DNA of 64,000 bases from the human T2T-CHM13v2.0 reference genome, Homo sapiens: NCBI RefSeq assembly GCF_009914755.1, contig NC_060927.1; one strand, 5' to 3'. The notes under the pieces were generated by a model. It was not told the origin of the DNA, ran no database searches, and saw only the letters and a program-made list of their open reading frames with translations. Of the stretch, positions 55,085-64,000 are shown in pieces. The first letter of the stretch is position 1. The number at the start of each line of letters is the position of its first letter. The position numbers and the translations under genes are program-made.

Positions 55085-55549
55085 TATATCAACTACAACA
55101 TGTTGTTTTGAAAAACATAAACATTGTGAATGTCTAATTGAGCTAATATATGCATTACCTCACATATTTATCACTCTTTGTGGTGAGAACACCTAAAATT
55201 TACTCTCTTAGCAATTTTCAAAAATATAATACATTGTCATTAACTATAATCAACATGTTATATGATAGATCTCTTCAATTTCTAACTGAAATTTTTTATC
55301 CTTTGATCAGCATCTTCCCAGTCCCCTCCTTCTCCAAGCTCCTGGTAACTACCATTCTACTTTCTGCTTCTATGTGTTCAGCTTTTTTAGAGTCCGCATA
55401 TAAATGAGATCCAAGATGTTTTAACAAACATCTTGTGATTCTGATGACATTGTCCCATAGACCATGATTTGAAATACTTTGAAATAGTTTACCCTATCAC
55501 TCATGGGTAAGCTCATGGGATGAACCCATTAGACATTTTAATTATCTGG

Positions 55550-55929
55550 TGATATGGTCTGGATTTATGGCCCCACCCAAATCTCATGTTGAATTATAGC
55601 CCCCAGTGCTGAGGAGAGGCTTGGTGGGGAGTCACTGGATCATGGAGGTGGATTTTCCCTTTGCTGTTCTCACGATGGTAAGAGAGTTCTCATGAGATCT
55701 GGTTGTTTAAAAGTATGTAGCACCTCCCCCTTCTCTCTATATTTCCCCTTCTCCAGCCATGTAGGACATGCCTGCTTCCACTTTACCTTCCACCATGATT
55801 GAAAGTTTCCTGAGGCCTCCACAGCCATGCTTCCTGTACAGTCTGTGGAGCTATACACCAATTAAACCTCATTATAAACTACCCAGTCTCAGGTAGTTTT
55901 ATTATATCATGCAAGAACTAACTAACATA
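55550..55929 (+). mobile_element. MSTA solo LTR
   Basis: TGATATGGT.TGGAT...CCCACCCAAATCTCATGTTGAATT...GCCATGCTTCCTGTACAG. Perfect TSD TCTGG. Confidence 0.9.
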
Positions 55930-56399
55930 TCTGGTCTTATTCTACTACAGGAGCATTTTATGAATTAGTACATGGACATTTGATAAGCCAGAATTGCAGC
56001 TTGTTTTTCATGAGAACCATATACCTGTTCATTGTTTTATAATTTCTAAGAGGGCTCAGGAAAGTTAAGCAGTCTGTCCAAAGTCATCAACTCAGAATCC
56101 AGTACTAAGACACAGGAATCTGATTCTAAGTTTATTAGTCATCCCACTTTTCCCAAAGTGGCTTTTTAGATTCTCAACAGGAAATAAATAACATGTTGGC
56201 AACTACTGTTATGACATTTCCAGATGTCTTATGTACAAACATTCCATATGAAGGTCACTTTGAACTGCTGGGGAAACAATCTTTCATGCTTGGAGTAGAG
56301 ACATTTTTAAACAGTGCTTCCCACTTTTTTTTTTTTTTAACTGTATCACTACTTCCATAAGAAAGGGCAAACCTGAATGTAAATCCAGTTATACTTAGT

Positions 56400-56810
56400 A
56401 ATATCTGGGGCAGGTTCCCTGGGAAACAGACTCTAAAACAGATTTACTTTCGGGAGGTTTATTGAGTAACGACTTCAGGATCAACATCTGTGGGAGAGGC
56501 AGGGCAAGGAAACAGCAATCTACAGAAAAAGGAGCTGAATTGTGGTACAGTCATTGCAAAGCATTAGCCTTGTTCTCACAGCGAGAGTTCTTCAGAGTTT
56601 TTCTCCTTTAGGCAAAGAAGCAGCCATTCTATCCCCACATTTGCCCGTCATTGAGTGCAGCGTGCTCCCTGGGAGGGGGGTACCATTTTGGGCAAGGAAG
56701 TGCTCATCAGCTGAGGGCAATTCCCATTACAGGAGCTGAGGGAATGAGTGTCTTGTCCTGAGAGGGGAGTGGGGAGGATCAGGTGGCACCCCAAAACATC
56801 CATTACAAGT
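56400..56810 (-). mobile_element. LTR16-type (ERVL) LTR
   Basis: GGTTCCCTGGGAAACAGACTCT...GGAGGTTTATTG...GATCAACATCTGTGG...CATCCATTACA. Confidence 0.7.
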
Positions 56811-58239
56811 AATAATTTCCTTAACCTGTAGGACAATAAGCAATAACACTATTTTTTAAAATAGTAGACAGGTTTTATAACATTAAGAGCACTTGAAGTT
56901 ATTGGAAAAATTCTTCCCATACTTTGATCTTGAGTTCAGAAGCTATATCTTAGAGAGAAATAAATAAAAATTTTTAAGTAGTGACTCATTTTAAAGAAAT
57001 GCTATTTTTGTTCTGTTTTTTAACGCACTAGAAGAAATAAGTAATGATTCAGACTAAACTGTTCATTTTGTAAAATACAAGTTCTGAGAATTGAATAAAT
57101 ATAACTAAATCCTAACTGTGAGGACAAAATAAATGAAACTAATACTAGTTTTATGGGAGCTGAATGAAAGTATTTGCAGTTGATAGAAAGTATTATCTCA
57201 TCTTTGAAACGAATGATAAAATCAATACAAAGAGCTCATTGCCACCTTTTCCCTAATTCCCTATTTACCCATATAAGACTTTCACTTTAAGATATCCCAG
57301 TCAAATACTCATGAATATCATCCCCAGTGAAAGAAAAGAAATTGATAAACAAAGGTAAACTTCTCATGTGTAATCAGAGATACCTGAAGCTCTAGAAACT
57401 ATAATAAAGATGTTGTGCTTTTTACCCTTAAACTTGGGTTGTGCTTTTAATATTTGTTCAGATTCACAAAGTAATTAACGACCCTTTACTTAGGTAGATC
57501 ATGAGGGAAACGTGTTAAGGCCGTTTATTGAGGCTTGAGAGATGGACAACTGCATATCATCTCTGAAAGAATTACTTTATGGTTGTTCCTTCAATCTCCC
57601 AGTATGGCTAAGAAATAGCTTTTCTTGGTCTCAGAAGGAAAGGAAAAATGAGGCTTTAAAAAAAAAATGCCTTCTCTCCCAACAGCAAAAATTTAGCTGA
57701 AAATTGGCTATAGGTGGCATTAGTGAAGTTAAAAAAGGGATGGGACAAAATATACCCATCCCTTCAAATCTCAGAATTCCAGATTTGGAAGGAAACTTTA
57801 GAGCATCCTGTTCCATCCTAGACCATCTGATAAATCCAGGTCCTCTCGTCTTACCTCATGAAGATGTCAATACAAGGATGGCAGGAGATTTTGTTTTTTT
57901 CTTCAGCATCCACTACCTAGGGTCTGGTTCCTTCAGTATAAAGGATTTTTATTTTTTTAATACTGCCACTCAGGTCCAGGGGAGAGACAGACTTTTAGCA
58001 TAATATGGTATAGGGTACATGCTAGCAGGAACGTAACTATCCTAATAAAATCAATTGAACTATATTTTTAAGAATTGAATTCAGAAGTAAGATCTCTATG
58101 AGCACATCCTCCTCCTCTTCTCTGTGTTATAGATTCAGAGCATCTCTCGCTCCTTCCTAAGAGTGGAACCCAGAGAAACAGAGAGTGAATATTCACCTAC
58201 ATAGTTGCCAGAGATGAGAAAAGGCAGTACCTGGAGTGG

Positions 58240-58390
58240 CTCGTTAACACACAGGTTGCTTCCTGCCTCCCATCAGCAAAGGTTCTGATTCCATAGACCT
58301 GGGCTAGGGCCCAGTAATCTGTATTTCAAACAAGTTCCCAGGTGATGCTGATGCTGCTAGTCTGGGGATCACACATAGGGAACCCCATTA
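58240..58390 (+). mobile_element. MER5A
   Basis: GTTCTGATTC..TAG.CCTGGG...AATCTGTATTTC.AACAAGTTCCCAGGTGATGCTGATGCTGCT. Confidence 0.8.
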
Positions 58391-58536
58391 GACTAGAACT
58401 TTTCCTTCAAATTTTAAAAAATATATTTAAGAAAAGAAATATATCTTAAAATGGAATCTTCCTCCAGAAACAGCTAAAGAAGATCAGCTCTTAGTGCCCA
58501 AGATAGGGCAGATAAGAGTCCAAATAACCTGGCCAT

Positions 58537-58852
58537 GGCCAGGTGTGGTGGCTCATGCCTGTAATCCCAGCACTTTGGGAGGCTGAGGTGGGTGGATCCC
58601 CTGAGGTCAGGAGTTTGAGACCAGCTTGACCAACATAGTTAAACCTCGACTCTAATGAAAATACAAAAATTAGCTGGGCGTTGTGATACATGTTTGTAAT
58701 CCCAGCTACTCAGGAGGCTGAGGCATGAAAATCACTTGAACCCAGGAAAGATAGGTTGCAAGGAGCCAAGATTGCGCCACTGCACTCCAGCCTTGGTGAT
58801 AGAGTGAGACTCTGCCAAAAAACAAACAAACAAACAAACAAACAAACAAACA
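58537..58852 (+). mobile_element. AluSx/Sz with (AAAC)n tail
   Basis: Full dimer. TSD AACCTGGCCA. Confidence 0.93.
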
Positions 58853-58893
58853 AACCTGGCCAGGATATCCTGAAGGAACCCAGGCCAATGAAA

Positions 58894-58897
<4 letters not shown>

Positions 58898-58933
<36 letters not shown>

Positions 58934-58937
58934 ATAT
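58898..58937. repeat. (TA)n microsatellite
   Basis: Direct observation. Confidence 0.9.
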
Positions 58938-59767
58938 CCATCCCATCTAGAGATTTTTAGCTAGTTGGACCAGGCTATGTGATCCAATTATTTTTCCCCT
59001 ACCAGCATCCAATCTGTTCTCAGCCGCTCTGGCTGTTCTCACTGAATCTTAGTAGAGGTGACAAATTGAAGAGGGACTGAAGCTTTCAATTAGTATACCA
59101 CCCTTGCCATATTTCTATGTTCCTTTCATAAGGAAACTCTAGTGTTAGGCAGAACCCAAGCCTACCACAACATATCACCATGATGTCAGTAAGAATGAAA
59201 CCCTGTCTCAGTTATGTTCATCTGTCCTCAAGCAGAAGACAGTTGCCTGTAGTCCCAGTTGTCTTTCCTATAGAAGGCAATTCTGGCTGCTCTGTCCTAG
59301 GACTCAGGACAAGACCATAGACATGTCCATCTCCACTGATTTTCTGATACTCCACCCTGTGACTTATGCCCAGTTTTCTGGTAGCACTTTCGGCTGTTAA
59401 TATATAATGGGTTAAATACCTTTGGAGAAAAGAAACAGTCACTCCTGGAGCTGTTGTCTGGGTTGCAACAAAGATGTTTATTTAGGAAAAGTGGGGGGAA
59501 AATCAAACTATGCAGGAATAATGCAGTTAGTGATTGTGAGGCATTGATAAAAACAGAATACATTTTCACTGTTAAAAGTTACACTTTGGAAAACTCTGGA
59601 AAATTCTCAGTACAATGGCAGATAAAAAAGACAAAAAGCTTAGAAGATTTTTGGCTTTTTATTTGTATTTTGCTGTATTTTGAGTATTCCTAAATATATA
59701 TCTACACTTATATTTTTCAAAATATATAATTAAAAAGAAATAAAATTTGGCAAACATAATAGATAAC

Positions 59768-60122
59768 TGATATGGTTTGCCTGTGTCCCCACCCAAATCT
59801 CATCTTGTAGCTCCCATAATTCCTACATGGCGCGGGATGGACCTGGTGAGGGGTAATCGAATCATGGGGGCAAGTCTTCCCTGTGCTGTTCTCATGATAG
59901 TAAGTCTCATGAGATCTGATGGTTTCATAAATGGGAGTTCCTCTGCACATGCCCTCTTGCCTGCCACCATGTAAGACGTGAATTTGCTCCTCACTCACCT
60001 TTCACCATGATCATGAGGCCTCACTAGCCATGTGGAACTGTGAGTCAATTAAACCTCTTTCCTTTACAAATTATGCTGTATTGACTATGTCTTTATTAGC
60101 AGTGTGAGAAAAGACTAATATA
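59768..60122 (+). mobile_element. THE1B/C solo LTR
   Basis: TGATATGGTTTG.CTGTGTCCCCACCCAAATCTCATCTTG...GACTAATATA. TSD ATAAC/GTAAC. Confidence 0.9.
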
Positions 60123-61679
60123 GTAACTGATTCCAGATAAATTCTATAGAAAATAAGATATTCTAGTTCCTTTTCATTACTTTATATCTGATTACTACTA
60201 GTTTTGTCTTAAGTCATATCATCAGGATAGTTCCTTGTCATAGAGTAAACTGATAATTTTAGGCTTACCTAATATGCTGTTTTATGTTACGTGGAATTAT
60301 CTCCTTTGATAGTAACCAGGCTTTTTCCAGATTTAATTATGACATATATCAGAGACTCCATTGCCTGACAAGCAAAATGAAATTCCATGGAATGTACATA
60401 TTTTAGCTGTCATTGGTAGGAAAAGCTTCCTTTTTGTTGTGAGTGTGATATGTTTACCATTTAGTGAATTCCAAAATTGGAAAGTAGTAAGGTAAACAAA
60501 ACAACTCTCAAGGCTTGCTATTTTCAATTTAAGTGGCCTCTTTAAAAATGTAGATTGGGCAACTCATATAGGCAAATGTTGTCACTCTCTACAGGGACCT
60601 TGTGTGATCCCTAGTTCTTAGTTATTTGGTTGCTTGTGATTATTATAATTTTAGCTGAAAGGGCATCATAGAGTTTTCTAGCACATGGATGGTGGGGGCA
60701 TAGATTTCTATCCAAGCTGACACATTGATAGAGTCAGCCAGTAAATTAACAGCAGCAGAACACCATTAAATTTTAAACTTAATTGCTGTCTCCTCTTAAT
60801 CTCTATGGATATAATCAATAGATGTCAGAAAAAAGTTAAAGAAGTTATTTAGCGAGCATCTATTTCCTGGAGCATAGTGGAAAAACCACTGTTTCATTTC
60901 AGAACTGATTTAAACAACTTGCAACTAAGATGCTGTCACTTATAAGGTTTTCATCAAAAAGTTTTATTTTATTCAGTTTTTTCATTAGCACTTTTTTTGA
61001 CAAGCATATTGGAATTATCACTGTGTAATCAGTTTGATTTTCTCTCAGGATCCGCCCCCACTTATCCTTGCCTTTTGTGTTGTGTAACTTCTCTACTCCA
61101 TCTTTGTTACTTATAAACTCCCTTTCCATGTCCACAATGAATCTTGATCCATGTCCTGTGTTCCAAATTTTCATAGAAAAGAAAAGCTCCATGTAAATAG
61201 TGAGCATGTCCACATACCCAAGGAGAAGCTTTGCTAGTTGATGTTGGGTGTCATGTTGGGTGAAGTCAAAATCTTATGACAGTTTTTTGTTTTTTTTATA
61301 AATTTGGAAGGAGGATGGTATTCCAGTTTTATTCTCCGTGTTCCATATCTACTGAATTATGGACCATAGCATTTACAGGCAATTACATAGCCTCCTGAAC
61401 AGCCATCTTGAGTAAAATGGAGACTGTAATAAAAAACAATTTTTAAGTCAGATTTAGACAAATTCAGTGAGCTACATGGATTAAAATCTACTCATTAAAT
61501 GAATGGATAACTTTTTACATTAATTTCAAAATAACTGTTTTATAGGACCCTTTATAGATTTGAATCAACATACTCTTGATGAGGTAGGATGTTATTTCAT
61601 TTTTATAGACAAAGGAACATTGATTTTATGCCATTGTCTTTAGCCAAGCAGGGAAGAATACTTCCAGCATAGCCCAACT

Positions 61680-62330
61680 TTCTGTTCATCAGCTGAGCAC
61701 CTACCATGTACCAGAGACTGGTCTATTTGCTGGAGCTTTGTAGACAAAGAAAACAGACAAAACCCTGGCTCTCTTTTAGCTTGCAGTCTAGTGGGGATAG
61801 GACAGTGAATGAAAATGCAAAAAGAATATAAATGCATTCCTAAGATAATTTCAAATAGTGAAATTACAATGAGGAAAACAAAACCAGGTAGAGAGAGAGT
61901 TGGAATGGAGGGAGCTCCTTTAGATTGAATGGCCAGAGAAGGTCTCTCAGAGAAGATACTTGGAATGGACAAGGAGGATCCCATCTGGTAAAGTTTTGTG
62001 GGGAGCGATGACAGCAGGTTCAGAATCTCCAAGGTGAAAATGAGTCCATAACTCTTGGAAAACCATCAGAAGCCCCTTCTGGTTGGAGCAGTGAAAGGAG
62101 ACGGTGGCATGAGATGTAGAACTGAGGAAAGCCAGGGTCACATAGTGCAGGGTCTTGTAGAGGACAGTCAAAACTGTAGATATTTTCATCTAGGCAATGG
62201 CACATTTTTGGTGGGTTTTAAGCAATGGTAGTGACATTATATGATTTGTTTAAAAAGTAATGTAGCCAATGCCTGCTGTTGGAGAATAAACTGAAGGTAG
62301 GAGGGTGGATGAAAGGCAGGGTAGTAGTAA
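61680..62330 (-). mobile_element. L2a fragment
   Basis: TGAGCACCTACCATGTACCAG...CAGAGAAGGTCTCTCAGAGAAG...GGGTTTTAAGCA. Confidence 0.7.
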
Positions 62331-62439
62331 GATATCCTTCCTCTCTACCCTTTCATTCTGTAGTTCCATATGTTTAGAATAAGCATGACACTGCATGACT
62401 TGCTAAGTGCCAAAGGAGAGAAGAAATCAGAGATACTTT

Positions 62440-63000
62440 AACTGCTGAGGCAGATACTGTTTCCCCCTTCTTCCTTAATCTACAGAATTCTGATTTTATT
62501 TGGGCAGCAGCATACTTAGAGAAGGACAGTCCATTCTCTAGCCTGGAAGATGAGTCATGAAGTCCTAAACCGTACAAAATAATTCCAATCCCCTTCGCTA
62601 GTGATTGGCTTAGGCGTGGGCATGTGGCTTTATTCTAGATACTAAAGAAGAAATTTCTTTGCTGGGTGGATGGGAGGGGAGAGGAGCAGAGATCAGTGAT
62701 AAAGATCAGTAAATGTTATTACCTCTTGATAAAAATAGAGATAACAGAGATCCTCTTTCCTCTTTGTGCCTTGAATACTACTGGGAACAACTAGCTTTGC
62801 AGCAGATACCTTGTAACCATATAGTGACCAAACTCAACATGCTAAAGATCACAGATTAGAAAGACAGGAAGAATCTGAGTCTGTTGAGCATCAAAACTAT
62901 ATAACCATCTATGACTAGACAGCTGTAGGTGTCTAAAGAGTATAAGTCATTATTAATTTGGATGTTCCATTACTTGCAGCCAAATGCATTCTAATTAATA
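62440..63000 (+). mobile_element. MLT1J/K-type LTR
   Basis: AGTGATTGGCTTAGG..TGGGCATGTG...TTACTTGCAGCCAAATGCATTCTAA. Confidence 0.6.
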
Positions 63001-63629
63001 TATCTGTGTGTAAATTTGCTAGGTCCTGTCCAGTTCTTCATAATTGAAAAGTGAAAGAAGCAATGAAATCCAAAGTAGCTGTGAGTGAAATAACTTAGAA
63101 ATTTATTTCTGAAGTTAAAGTCTAGATGCAGATATTTCAGAACTAGAATAGTGGGTCTTCTATCTTGCTCTCCTGCTGGTGAAATCTGTTCCAAAGTTAA
63201 CTCACTGGACAAGGTGGCCACTTCGTCTCTAGCCACAGGTCCATATTCTAACCATCAGGAAAGAGAAAAGACAGAGAGGGATATGGCCTCTGAAGGACAA
63301 CCATTCTACTTATATCCATTTGCTCTTAGTCACATGAACATTCCTAACTGAAAAATGTTGTCTGTTTGCTAGGAAATTATGTATACAACAAAAACTTGGG
63401 GAATAAGTTACCAAAAGAAGATAATACACTAGGCAGGGGAGTAAGGGGTGGGATAGGGGAGGGAATTGCAGGCAGCCTGTCTTCCACACACAACTGTAAC
63501 AAAAGACGATTGGATATCTGCCTATTGAGAACTGACTGTATTGTATAATTGTTATGGTAGATGTTATCATTTGTTGAGTGTATCAGGCTTTGTACTTGAA
63601 CTTGTTGCTAAATATTGCACTTATTCTTC

Positions 63630-63966
63630 TACTTCTGGGCACATGATAGGCTTATGAATTTCCTGGCACTCTTGAGGTTGGGCTGGGTATGAGTAGAGTT
63701 GGCATACTTCACTTCTCGGTAAAGCATTATTTATTAATTTGTGACCATACAGAGAGTTTCTCCTCTGCCACAGTAGCTGGCAATGTTGCAGATAGTGGCT
63801 GATCTGTTGCTCTAATTTCCAGAGTATCAACAAAAATGAAATGGAGCAGAACTCCCAGCTAATCTACAGTGGGCATAGAAGTGAGAAATAAAACTTTGTT
63901 TTAAGCCTCTGAGGTCAGAAGATTGTTTATTCTGATGGTGTGACTCAGCCTGTCTTGACTGAAACA
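63630..63966 (+). mobile_element. MLT1I-type LTR
   Basis: GTGAGAAATAAAACTTTGTTTTAAGCCTCTGAG...GCCT.TC.TGACTGA.ACA. Confidence 0.65.
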
Positions 63967-64000
63967 ATACATGTATTTTCTCTTAAATTATAGCAATACT

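Larger units (their letters stand above)
52300..55480. mobile_element. MER5A remnant split by an L1MA 3' end (minus; 52381-52420 and 55085-55410), itself split by Tigger2
   Basis: MER5A halves ...CCAGGAATCTGCATTTT and TTTTAACAA...GATTCTGATG. L1MA halves TTTTAATTGACAAATAAATGTATA and GTGGTGAGAACACCTAAAAT.TACTCTCTTAGCAATTTTCAA. Confidence 0.7.

Overview
Human (primate) genomic DNA, AT-rich and CpG-depleted, almost entirely intronic. The only supportable coding sequence is one 141-nt, phase 1-1 internal exon (14889-15029, + strand). It encodes [47 protein letters not shown], which I recognise as TAFA1 (FAM19A1, a brain-expressed chemokine-like secreted protein). The rest is dense in transposon relics: Alus, MIR/L2, a 5'-truncated L1PA with an 18-bp TSD and a short 3' transduction, solo LTR7 (HERV-H) and LTR15-like LTRs with perfect TSDs, several THE1/MST LTRs, a two-LTR MST-type provirus holding a rearranged HERV-L, and a full-length Tigger2. 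I found no convincing novel gene or multi-gene system. The structure least explained by repeat annotation is a recurring set of local templated-insertion and fold-back scars: a ~92% identical 240-bp inverted duplication, a 140-nt hairpin, a double hairpin, a Tigger snippet copied into an Alu, and an inverted HERV-L pol block. An antisense LTR7 promoter also sits about 720 bp from the exon. Repeat subfamily names come from recalled consensus sequences and need RepeatMasker/Dfam confirmation. Boundaries of old MIR/L2/MLT1 elements are approximate.
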